Positions 38,923 to 50,300 of a stretch of DNA of 64,000 nucleotides are shown one piece after another. Each line of letters starts with the position of its first letter. The stretch's first letter is position 1. The translations under genes and the position numbers were made by a program. The DNA is taken from positions 1 through 64,000 of the forward strand of contig CAVVKN010000022.1 in assembly GCA_963748825.1 (NCBI GenBank). Reading direction: 5' to 3'. The notes under the pieces are model-generated. The model searched no databases. It was not told the DNA's origin and saw only the letters and a program-made list of their open reading frames with translations. The stretch is from Methanotrichaceae archaeon (lineage in GTDB: Archaea > Halobacteriota > Methanosarcinia > Methanotrichales > Methanotrichaceae).

Positions 38923-41160
38923 TCAAGGCACCCTCCAGGGCCACTTATCTCCATGACCGCAGTTTTCAATAAGGAACACGATCTCGTCCAATCTGCCGGG
39001 GGCCTCGGGATCTCCAAAGACGCCACTTGATTTTGTGCAGATTTCAGATTCTATTTTCGTATTTAAAGAGCTGGGTTCGAAGAGGCTATCTTCGATCTTT
39101 GCTAAATATTTTTTGCTTAATGACAGTAGATCTTCTTCTTCTAGCAAGGGATTGTTTAGGGTTCCCCTTGCATCCACCAGATAATCCTCCTCGTAATCTT
39201 GTTCTCGTGCTACACCAGTCCAATTGCTTGGGTCCTTCCTGGCCTCGGCAGGGTCGGCGGGCAGCCTAGGCGGCCTTATATCCACCGCAGCTTTGGTTTT
39301 GCCGTCAACATTAACAGGCCTTATCTGTTTATCGGCATTCCACCAAGGATCAGGTATCAAGTAAGAGTTCTGTGTTTTGACCGCCTTCTCAAAGGCATCA
39401 AAGAATTGCTTCCCCCATCCACTATTTGGATCGTTGAAATTGATCTGGCTTGGCCAGGCAATATCCGGAAAGAGGACACGCCAAAGCCTGCGATAATGCT
39501 TTAAGACTAAGTCCTCATCTAAAACAGCACAATCAAGTTCGCTATCACAGGTGAAGGATCTGCGATTCAGGTTTGCCGAACCACATACCAATAGACTGCG
39601 ATCATACATCTGAACTTTCGCATGACAGTAAATACCTCCTGTTGTTCGGGAAGGATGCCAGAGGTCATATACGCCTACGCGTTCGAATTTGCCGGAACCA
39701 AGCTTTAGGCCGTCAGTTAAATCATTTAGGGCAAGCTTCCTCGCATGGTGCACTTCAAGGGGATGATTATCGGCGTACGGTGGAAGCACTAAAATAACGC
39801 AAAGCTTCTTTTTCTTATCGTTTTTAATCCGGTGGTTAAGCAATCTGGCGAGGGGCCTGCTAAAGAAGTATTGATCAAAGATCCAGATCAATTCGTCTGC
39901 TGCCTGACATGCATTAGCGATTCCCGCCATGATTGTAAACTCCCCCCTCATGAACGGAGGCCTCTTGCGCTCTGTACGCAGGGGAATCGTACGCCACATC
40001 TGTACCAGAGATGAGCCCCCTGGCACAGGATCAACTTCCGTTGGCTCATTCAATCTCGTTACGTCATCATCCTTAACGGCAGTTCTTGAGCTGAAGATTA
40101 CTTGATTTGTTTTAATTTGTAAACTGTCCCAGAATCCAGGTTCATGCACGTTTCCAGAATCAATCCATCTCTCACAGAACTGCTCTTCCAGTGTCTTTAT
40201 GATTGGTCCCTGAAGCAGCAGGTGCTGATCGTGCCATATTTGATTATTATCACCATAAACTTCTTTTGGCAGATCGGGCTCAGGATTCGAAGGTATCGAT
40301 ACGTCACTTAAAGCATCATAAATTGTCGCCAAGCTTTTCGGCCAGCGATGAGTCTTATCCGGGACATCGAACATCGGTGGGACGTTCTTCCCTGATTGCC
40401 AGTCTCCGCCCAAGAATTGAGGTGGGCTAGATTCCATAAGAACGAGCAGGTCGTCTAACGTAGCACTCGGATCATATATGTAGGGATGTAACGCATCAGG
40501 TGTGTCTCTTCTGGTAAAGGCTAGATCTACACCCCCGCAATAAGCTACGTTTACATCACCCACGCGAATTACCATCATCTTTTGGTGGTGTGTAGAAGTT
40601 ATGGGAGACGCCACCCTCAAATCCAGAGCTACTATGCCTCGATCTTTGGCGCTGGGATCAGTCTTGCTCAGCCTTTCGCATTCCTTGCTTACAACTTCGG
40701 CTATGTAAAAATGATCGCTCATATGTGGGCCAAGGCCCGCAATTATGGACGCCTTTATCGGCAACCACAATAATATCTTAACATTGATCCCGGCCTGCAT
40801 TAGACGCAGGATAAATCCCATCATGGTCTGATCCTTTATTGAAGAATCGCTCTCGTTCCAGGGGCGATTTTGGATAATCCAAGGATTATCATCGGACAGG
40901 TCTCTCAAGGGATTAAGTCGAAAATCGGCGATATATACGTACCCTTTCTTGCCTTGTTTGGCCTCGGAGATGGCTGATTCCAGGGATTCCCTCATCGCAG
41001 ACAATGCCTCATACCCGCCAATCAGAGGGATGATCTTGCAGTTTTCATCCCAAGGCATGTAATTACCCTGCCTTTTGGCCATGTATGTATCATCTCCCCA
41101 GGGACGCCCCTCCCCGTTTGGTGAAAACTTCAGGAACCACTTGTTTGGATCAGCGACCAT
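38923..41160 (-). CDS. Phospholipase D superfamily protein
   Basis: HHQKMMVI..GGVDL...R.D, WHD.H...GP, DQYF and HAKVQMYD...GSANLNRRS...DSE motifs. Confidence 0.88.
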   Translation of the reverse strand: MVADPNKWFLKFSPNGEGRPWGDDTYMAKRQGNYMPWDENCKIIPLIGGYEALSAMRESLESAISEAKQGKKGYVYIADFRLNPLRDLSDDNPWIIQNRPWNESDSSIKDQTMMGFILRLMQAGINVKILLWLPIKASIIAGLGPHMSDHFYIAEVVSKECERLSKTDPSAKDRGIVALDLRVASPITSTHHQKMMVIRVGDVNVAYCGGVDLAFTRRDTPDALHPYIYDPSATLDDLLVLMESSPPQFLGGDWQSGKNVPPMFDVPDKTHRWPKSLATIYDALSDVSIPSNPEPDLPKEVYGDNNQIWHDQHLLLQGPIIKTLEEQFCERWIDSGNVHEPGFWDSLQIKTNQVIFSSRTAVKDDDVTRLNEPTEVDPVPGGSSLVQMWRTIPLRTERKRPPFMRGEFTIMAGIANACQAADELIWIFDQYFFSRPLARLLNHRIKNDKKKKLCVILVLPPYADNHPLEVHHARKLALNDLTDGLKLGSGKFERVGVYDLWHPSRTTGGIYCHAKVQMYDRSLLVCGSANLNRRSFTCDSELDCAVLDEDLVLKHYRRLWRVLFPDIAWPSQINFNDPNSGWGKQFFDAFEKAVKTQNSYLIPDPWWNADKQIRPVNVDGKTKAAVDIRPPRLPADPAEARKDPSNWTGVAREQDYEEDYLVDARGTLNNPLLEEEDLLSLSKKYLAKIEDSLFEPSSLNTKIESEICTKSSGVFGDPEAPGRLDEIVFLIENCGHGDKWPWRVP

Positions 41161-41516
41161 TGCTTACCACAGTCCTTTTTACTCTGATGCAAGGTAAATG
41201 CGATTGGACTTAAAAAAGGTATCTTTGTACCAAGATAGATGTTTGCGATTTTCCAATCGGCACAACATCATCCATCTTTTCTGATGTCAGCTTTCGCTTT
41301 TCAGTATCAGCTTTTGATTGTCTCATCTTTTTCCCTGCATAGTTTCCTGCGTGATTTATATAAACGAGAAAAGATTTAGACAGCACCCCCCGCATTCCTG
41401 CGAAGAGGGGGCGCCAGAGCGGACACGCGCGCAGGAGCCCGGTACATCGAATATCCTTGCTATTCTGCAGAAGGACTCACAAAGGCTGAATCTGGCAATT
41501 GTGACTTTATCTCGAA

Positions 41517-41672
41517 CTAGACTTCGATCAACACGTTGTGCCTCTCAAAGAACTCTTTTAATGCTTCTTCTACAACTTCACTTTGGGCACGCATGCTGCT
41601 CTTTGTTTTTGCCGTATAAACCTTAAGCGTTTTGGCTATAGGTTCGGATAAGGTCAATGTAGTTTTGGGCAT
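41517..41672 (-). CDS. RHH micro-protein, copy 4
   Basis: MPKTTLTLSEPIAKTLKVYTAKTKSSMRAQSEVVEEALKEFFERHNVLIEV* (manual translation). Confidence 0.85.
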   Translation of the reverse strand: MPKTTLTLSEPIAKTLKVYTAKTKSSMRAQSEVVEEALKEFFERHNVLIEV

Positions 41673-41879
41673 TAATCCCTGTCGATCAGGACATTACGTA
41701 TATATAGATTATGACTCATATCTATTTATGTGCCCAAATATTTATATTTAAAAATATTTTTTAATACAAAAGTAGAATAATTTTAAAGTTAAAACTCGAA
41801 CTGCAAATAAGAAAAATTCTGGAAGCCCAGATGCGCTCATAACGAATATGTAGAATTTACTGGGCTTAGGCGGCGTAGC

Positions 41880-44320
41880 CTATCGGGCTATCTTTACCTC
41901 CACGAAATGCTCCTTTTGATCATCTACCAAGTGTATCGACCCGTCGCTCTGCACCAGGCCGTCAACCGTCACGCTTTGCGCTGCCCCCGCCCGCATAACC
42001 GTGATGTGGTAGAATGTCTCACGATAGCGGTAATGCAAGCGATACGACTTCCAATCATCAGGAAGACAGGGGGTAAAGCGTAGCCTGTCAACGTCCAGCC
42101 TCAGTCCAAGCAGCGATTCTACTATGAGGCGATACATCCAGCCTGCAGCTCCCGTGTACCAGGTCCATCCGCCGCGCCCGGTGTGCGGTGTGAATGCATA
42201 GACATCTGCTGCAACGACGTATGGCTCTGCCATGTAGATCGCAACCTCCTCCGGGGTCGAGCCGTGGTTTACAGGGTTGATAATAGACAATAGCTCCCAG
42301 GCCCTGGCGCTGTCGCCCATGGCAGCAAAAGCCATAATCACCCAAATAGCCGCATGGGTATACTGCCCGCCATTCTCTCTCACTCCCGGGACGTAGCCTT
42401 TGATATAGCCGGGATCGGAGTCGGACTTATCGAAGGGCGGCCCCAGGAGCTGTATCAGCGAGGCATCTCTATTGACCAGAATGCGATCCACTTCCTCCAT
42501 CGCCCTCTTCGATCTCTCTGGATCTCCGCCGCCGGATAGAACAGACCAGCTCTGTGATATGGAATCGATCTGACATTCCGCGTTGGCAGCGGACCCGAGG
42601 GTCTCTCCGTTATCGAAGTAGGCGCGCAGGTACCAATGGCCATCCCACCCGAACTCTTTGATCTTCTGGCGCAGATTGGAGGACTCGCTGCTACATTGAT
42701 CTGCAAATGCTGCATCGCCACGCAGAAGGGCAATCTCAGAGAACTTCATAAGCACGTGGTACTGGAAGAAGGCCAGCCAGACACTCTCGCCTCTGCCCTG
42801 ATAGCCTACGCGGTTCATGCTGTCGTTCCAGTCTCCGGAACCCATGAGGGGCAGGCCGTGCCGGCCAAACGAAAGACCTTTCCTGATGGCTCTGACACAG
42901 TGCTCGTAAAGGGTGCCGGACTCCTCTGACCTCGTGGGAAGGTCATAATAGGCCTCCTCATCAGGTTTTACGAGCCTGCCCTCAATAAATTTGATGCGCT
43001 CGTCAAGCACGCCGGTGTCTCCGGTAGCTGTTACGTATCGGTGAGCCGCCAGCGGCAGCCAGAGGTAATCATCAGTGCTGTGAGTGCGCGCGCCGCGTCC
43101 AGAAGGAGGATGCCACCAGTGCAAAACGTCTCCCTCCAGGAACTGGTGGGCTGCACATCGCAGGAGATGTTCCCTAACTAATTGCGGCTCTGTGTATATC
43201 AGCGCCATCACGTCTTGCAGTTGGTCGCGGAAGCCGAATGCTCCGCTTGACTGATAGTATCCGCTGCGCGCCCAGATGCGGCAGGCTAACGTCTGGTAGA
43301 GGAGCCAGCCGTTCGTAAGCACATTGATGGCCATATCCGGTGTCTCCACGTGCACCGCGCCAAGGGTGCGGTTCCAGTAGCTCCACACAGCCTCAAGAGC
43401 ACTTCTGGCCGGACCAGATCCGCGAAAACGCAAAATTAAGCTGCGAGCGTCGTTCGTATCCCGTCCAATGCCAAAAGTAAAGACGATCTCGCGCTCCTGC
43501 CCGTCTGCTAGATCGATCTCTACCTGCATGGCTGCACATGGGTCCATGGCCGCGCCAACTCTGTTGGAGAGTCTTTCACGCGCCAGGGCGGCAGGCTGGG
43601 CCATCTTGCCATTTCGGCCAAGGAACTCGGTCCTGTCCCCAGAGAAGCTGCCCACATCCTCGTTCACATCCAGGAAGACTATCCTTCCAGGAAAATCCGT
43701 GTTGTACGCATTTCTGGCAAAGAGGGCCCCGGTCCTGGGATCTATCTCTGTGGTAATGTGCATCCCCGTCTTAGAATGCGTCTCTCCCAGCACCAGCTCG
43801 ATGTAGCTGGTCACAGATAGCCTGCGGGACACGCCGGACTCATTGCGGACCAAGAGCCTGCAAAACTTCATGGGAGCGTCTATCGCCACGTATACCCACA
43901 GCTCAGATGCAATCCCACTCTCTTTGTGCTCGAAGACGCTGTAGCCGAACCCGTGCCTGCAGGTGTAAGGCGTCTTGCCGCGGGCGGGCAATGCCGTGGG
44001 CGACCAGAACGCTCCGCTCTCCTCATCGCGAATGTACAGAGCCTCGCCGCAGGTATCGCTCACCGGATCGTTATACCATGGTGTGAGGCGGAACTGCTGG
44101 GAGTTCTCGCCCCATGTGTATGCTCCGCCGCTCTCCGAGATTACAGTCCCGAAATTGGGGTTTGATATCACATTCGACCACGGAGCTGGGGTCGCTTGTC
44201 CAGGAGCAATCCGGATTATGTACTCGCGCCCGTCCTTTGTGAACCCGCCAAGACCATTGAAGAAGATCAGATCCCGGCCGTTAGACGTAGCCGCCTCGTT
44301 GTTCTCGACCTGGATCAGCC
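41880..44320 (-). CDS. ndvB: Cyclic beta-1,2-glucan synthase, C-terminal GH94 phosphorylase part (frameshifted continuation)
   Basis: FNGLGGF..DGREY, PAPWSNVI.N, YQSSGAFGFRDQLQD, GSGDWND, GVRENGGQYTHAA and WYTGAAGW motifs; frame open up to the A7 tract. Confidence 0.88.
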
Positions 44321-47300
44321 TTTTTTTGCTTTAACAGAGGAACGGTTCCCAAGAGTCCACTCTTGCGTTCGAGCTGATCCTCAAAAGTTCCCTGGTCATC
44401 TGTGAAGATGGCCTTGGCCACGGCCTGTACCAGGATCCTGGCCTCATCAGAGATCTGATCCGTGTGCAAAACAAATACGCCGCCCGGCCGGTCCAGAGTG
44501 CAGGCTTCAGTGCAAGAGGAAATCAGGCCCATAATATCGTCCTGGAGATGCTGTCTGTATCCAGAGCTGTCTTCGTTCCAGACCACTAGATCTACTTCCA
44601 GCCCCATCATGCGCCAGTAAGCATGGGCCCTCAAGAGCTGGTGCACCAGCTCGATGTAAGATCGATCTCCTATCCTCAGCAGTACAATCGGATAGTCGCC
44701 CGAGATGCGGTAAGCCCACAGGCCTGACTGGCCACTGTGGTTGCTCAAAAGAACGCTCGGGCTGGCGCGCCAGGTTGGGCTGGGGTAGAGTATGGCGCTG
44801 ACAAGTCGCTCATAGAGCTGGATATCGGCCTCGGCGATGTTCAGCTGCTGCATGATCATCTGGTTGTGAGTCCAGGCCAGGTCGTAGACGCGGTCTGCCA
44901 TGCGCACGTCGTGGTATTTATCGATCAGCTCCATGGCGGCAGCCCGCGTCTCTGCAATGCCTGTGATGAAGTTGACCCTGGCCGTCTCTCCGGGATTGAT
45001 CGTGACAACGCGCCTGATGGCAACGATGGGATCTAAGACAGATCCTTCGCTATCTGAGAGCTTTGATGACCCCGTCAAAGCCACAGGATCTGCGGCAGTT
45101 CTTCCCCTGCCTATGAACTTCAAGCGGTCTGTTTCATAGGAAACTTCGTCAACCTCAATGTTCTCCGCTGCGATCAGGTGCAGCATCCAGGGAGTTCTCT
45201 CGTCCTTCGACCTTGGCCGGCGGGTGCAGAGGATCGCAGATCTCTTGCGGACGATCTCCGTTTCTACGAAGAGATTGCTGAAAGAGGGATGTGTCGCATC
45301 GGCTGCAGGGGTCGTCAAGACGACCTCTGCATAGCTGGTCAGCTCTATCCTTCGCTTTCTCAATGATCGGTTGGTGACGCTGATGCTGCGTAGCTCCAAA
45401 TCGTCCTCAGGGGAGACGACCACTTCGGCATAGGTATCAATATCCGAGACCCTTGACCAGAATTCTGCCATCGATCCCCGGAAGATCGCCTGGTACGTCT
45501 CAGTGTCTCTGAGCACAGGTTGATATCCTGCAGACCAGACCTCGCCGCTGTCCAGGTCACGGATATAGAAGAACATGCCATCATTGTCGCGGGTGGGGTC
45601 ACCATGCCAGCGAGTAACAGCGATCTCCTTCCATTTGCTGTAGCCCCCGCCTGAACTGGAGACCATTACACTGTATTTGCCATTAGAGAGCAGGTGCACC
45701 TCTGGTCGGGAAGTGTTCGGATCATCGATGACCCGCAGGGACTCGCGCCTGTCCAGCATGCCGGCCCTCCAGATTGATGCCGAAACCTCAGAAGCATGGG
45801 GATAGAAGGGCGAGGCCTTCGGAACCCTCTCTTGGAGAAGCAGATCCGCAGCCTGGAAGATAGGGTTGGCCATGAACCTTCTTTGCATGGGTCGGTCTAA
45901 AAGCACATAATCCAGAGATAGGAAGCTCATGCCCTGGTGGTGGGCCATGAAGGACTGCACAGTTGCACTGGTCTCGTCTCGAGGAAGACGCGATGAGGTG
46001 TAATCGATCGCCTCGTAGAAGCCATACAGCCCAAGATAGCCCTCGTCAGCCATCCGCTGCAGGTTGGTGCATGCCTCAGCCGGTTCCACCATCAGTGCCA
46101 GAGCCGAGGCGTAAGGCGCAATCACCAGGTCCTCAATCAGCCCGCGCTTAAATCCCAGGCCAGGCGCTCCGAAGGCGCGGTACTGGTAAATCAGGTTGAC
46201 ATCTGTCATGTTGTAGCCCGACTCTGAGATGCCCCAGGGAACTCCGCGCTGTTCTCCGTATTCGATTTGTCGCCTGACGATCGCCCTATAGGTTTGGCTT
46301 AAGAGGGTGTTCTCATAGGTAGGCATGATCAGTTGCGGCATGAGATACTCGAACATGGTTCCACCCCATGAGAGCAAAGCCAGCTCTCCGCCTGCGATGG
46401 TAAGCATGCGACCCAGGGCAAACCAGTGCTCTTGCTTAAGACTCCCTTGGGCGATGGCAACGAAGCTGGATAACCTGGCTTCGGATGCCAGCAGATCATA
46501 GCAGCTCTCATCGCGTCTGAGGTCGTCGACGTTGTAGCCTATGGCAAGAAGCCGACGTGACTTATCGAAGAGGAAGTCGTATCTTATTTCGGCAAGCTCG
46601 CCGCAGTCAAGTGCGAGCCTCTCGATGGAGGAAATCCTTTGGGCGGCTCTTTCGCCTGCCTGTGTTATCATTTGCTTGAGCGAAAGGAGCCATTCTCTCT
46701 CTTCCCCGCTCTGCAGGCTGCTAAGGATCTCTTCAATCATAGGCTTGAGTTTCATAGCCATTTCTGGCACTTCCAGCAGAGATGGAATGCTGTCAAGCTT
46801 GAGTAGTTCTATTTGCAGTTCGTCCATCCTTCTTGCCTCTTCTGCGAATTCAGGAGTAAAGACATCCTCCTTGATAGGATGGATCATCACCCATAGAGGC
46901 AACATTAGCCATGGAGCCGTTTGAATCAAGTCGTCCAGATGGTCCTGGATCTGCAACTCATACGCCTGGAGCCATGACTTCACACTTTCATCTACTTCCG
47001 GGGCCAAGCTATCTATTATCCCTGTTACAGCCCTTGCTTGCTTGTCCAGCAGCATCCAGGCAGCCAGGAGCGCAGATGGAGGCGACAAAAGCTCATCCTT
47101 AAACTGACGGATCTGGTCGAGCACCTGCATAGGCATGATTTCATTCTCAGGCTCATGCAAAGGCTCGTCTCTTGTTGCCATATCCAAAATAATATACAAC
47201 GTATCCGTAAGACCGTCAAAGACCTGATGAGTCAGGATCTTCTGATCAGGAAGCTCTAATAGCCCCTGCTGCAGAGTCAGCAAATGGCCTGCCAGGTTTC

Positions 47301-50300
47301 CGCTATCCACAGTTGAGATGTACTTGGGCTGCATTGGCTCTAGTAGCTTGATATCGTACCAATTGTAAAAGTGGCCCTGGAACCGTTCCAGCACTTTCAT
47401 GGTCTGAAGGGAGCTGGCAGTGCGCTCTATCAGCTTTCCTGCTGAGATATAGCCAAAGTCGTATGCCGCCAGGTTTGCCAAAAGCGACAGCCCCATATTC
47501 GTGGGCGATGTGCCGTTGGCAACTACTGAGCGCGGGTTCTCCTGATAGTTGTCAGGCGGAAGCCAGTGGCTTATGGGCCCCACGAATGTCTCGAAGAACT
47601 TCCATGTCTTCCGAGAAAGCTTGCGCAGGAAGATCGTCTGATCCTCGCTCAGTTTTGCCTTGGGTGTGTCAAGTGGCAGGCTGATCCACCAGGCAACCGC
47701 AGGTGCGAGGCTCCAAGATACCAGCAGCGGCCAGACGATGAACGGCAGATCAGGACGCCAAAACTCGAGATAAGAGGCCATGGCAATGGCTACAGCCGGT
47801 GCGATCCACATCGACTGGTAGATTCCAGCCAGATCACTCTTCCCGCTACTCTTGGAGCTGCTCGAAGAGTTCCATTCCAGCAGCAGCTTATGGGTGAATA
47901 GCATTCTCCATCCGGCGCGCACAACTGCATCCAGGCTGAAGAAGGCCTCATACGGCAGGAAGGTCAGGCTGAGCCCTGCCTGGGCCAGGTATCTGACAAT
48001 TGCTCTCCCGGCAGAATACAGGTGCTGATCCATGGGCAGTTCGGCAGACTTATTCAGGATCACTCGGATGCAAGCTAGAACCGATGGAGCCAGAACCGCT
48101 CCTACCACTACAATTGTCCAAAACCTCGGCTCCAGCAGCAGCAACCATGCCAATAGCAACAGTAAAATCTGGGCTGGGTTCACGAGGCTGCGCCGAAGGT
48201 TATCGAGGATCTTCCATCGGGATAATCCTGAGATTGGATTATCCATGACCATGCCTCCGGGGCCTGGCACGCGCATGAGCAGCCAACTGGCAATCTGCCA
48301 GTCTCCCCTGATCCATCTGTGCCTTCGGCCAACGTCTGTGGTGTAGCGGTAGGGATAGTCCTCATAGAATTGCACATCGCTGACCAGTGCCGCTCTGGCA
48401 TAGCTACCCTCCAAAAGATCATGACTCAGGATCCGGTTATCTGGAAAGCGTCCACCCAGAGACTGCGAGAAGGCATCCACGTCGTAGATTCCCTTGCCGG
48501 TAAAGGAGCCTTCTCCGAAAATGTCCTGGTAGACATCCGAGACCTCACGCGTGTATGGATCAATTCCTGGCTCGCCTCCAAAGAGCTTCACAAACCTCGA
48601 TCGATCTGCCTCGGGCATGCCTGAGCTCAGGCGAGGATGGAGTATGCTGTAACCCTCAGCGACATATTGCTTATGCTCATCGAACCTGGGGCGGTTGAGG
48701 GGGTGAGCTATGGTCTCCACCAGCCGCCTGGCTGAGTCATAGGGCATCCTGGTATCTTCGTCAACTGTGATTACGTACTTCATCCCGGGCAGGATCGATA
48801 CGTCTCCCGTAATTACGGAGAAGCTATTTTCAGATCCGCCTCGCAATAGAGAGTTGAGCTCCCCGAGTATGCCCCTTTTTCTCTCAAAGCCCCTCCATAT
48901 CTCCTCCTTGGGGTCCCACCTGCGCTGGCGGGGGAAGAGAAAGAAGATACCCTCAGAGTACTTTTCATTCAGAGCCTCGACTCCCTGACGAGCCATAATT
49001 AGCAGATGCTCATCCTCAGGCACGACCTCCTGCACGGCGTCGCCCAGATCCGTCAGAAGGCCGAAGTGGAGGTTTATATCCCGGTTTGCCAGGTATCGAA
49101 CCTCGAGAGCCTCCAGCAGATCCATAACTTTTTCCGGGCTGGTCAGAACAGATGGCACCACCACCAGCGTTCGCAGCTCTTCTGGAATGCCTGAAGAGAA
49201 GTCCATTCTGGGGAGAGCATGAGGCCTGACCAGCAGAGTCGCCAGCCAGTTCACCAGGCCGACTGCAGGACTGCTTATGCAGATCACCAGGAAGATGGAA
49301 GCTAAGACCAGCATCCATCCGCCCGATCCAAGCTCATAAGCCTGGCCCAGTACTGCAGCGGTGGTGAGGGCAGTGACCAGCGTTATCGCGCCTAGATAGC
49401 AGAGCAGAGGATACTGTTGAATAGTCCTGCTAAGTGCCTCCATCAGCGACCGGCTCATCCCGGCAGCCCTCTCAAGATCAGGTAGCCCCTTATCTATCAG
49501 GTAGAACCCGACGTGTGCACTTCGATCTTCGCTGCCCTTAGCCACAACACTTTCCTGGGCGAGTTTTACCGCCAAAAGTGCGACCTCTTCCTCAGAATGC
49601 AAGCTGCACCTTGCGATCCTCTCAACTGTGTGGCGATAACGGTCCCGGGTGGTAAAGTCCATCTGGCTATATGTGCCTCCAGGGTCCATGTGCAGTACCT
49701 TCTCGACAGCGCTCGTCCCCTCTACAAACTTCCTCCAGTCCATGGACTCAAGAAAACGAAAGCTTCCAATGCTGTTGCCTACGGAAACCTTATCTGCAGC
49801 CTCTTGTTGGATATACTCCTGGACCATCTGCCCGGTGGTCTTTCCTATCTCAGATAGACGCTCTTCAATCCATATTAACGGGAGAGCCAGAGCATGGCTC
49901 TGTCCCTCTAACCTTCGGGCAAATTCAGCAACAAAGGCACAAGACATTGGTGGGTCTGAGCTGGCCAGATCAGCCACCACAACGATCATACTCTTTGGTT
50001 TTGTCTCTGCCGTGAGAATAACCTGATCTGCCCAGTAACCTGCCAGGTTGCGGTCAGTACTGTTCTTGGCTATTCGCAAAGAGATGCGCCGCAGGTTCTC
50101 TATCAGCGCCAGGCGGAGCATGATCGCAACTGCCCAGATCTCGCCCAGGTTAAGGACTGTGACAGTCTGATAAGCATCCACGATGCTTTTTAGATTTTCT
50201 GCATCCACCTGGCCATCGGTATGAAGGATCAGCTCCCGAACAAGTTCATAAATGCGCGGGTAGCCGGCCAGCGGCCCTCTGAGCAAATGCGGCAGCTCTT

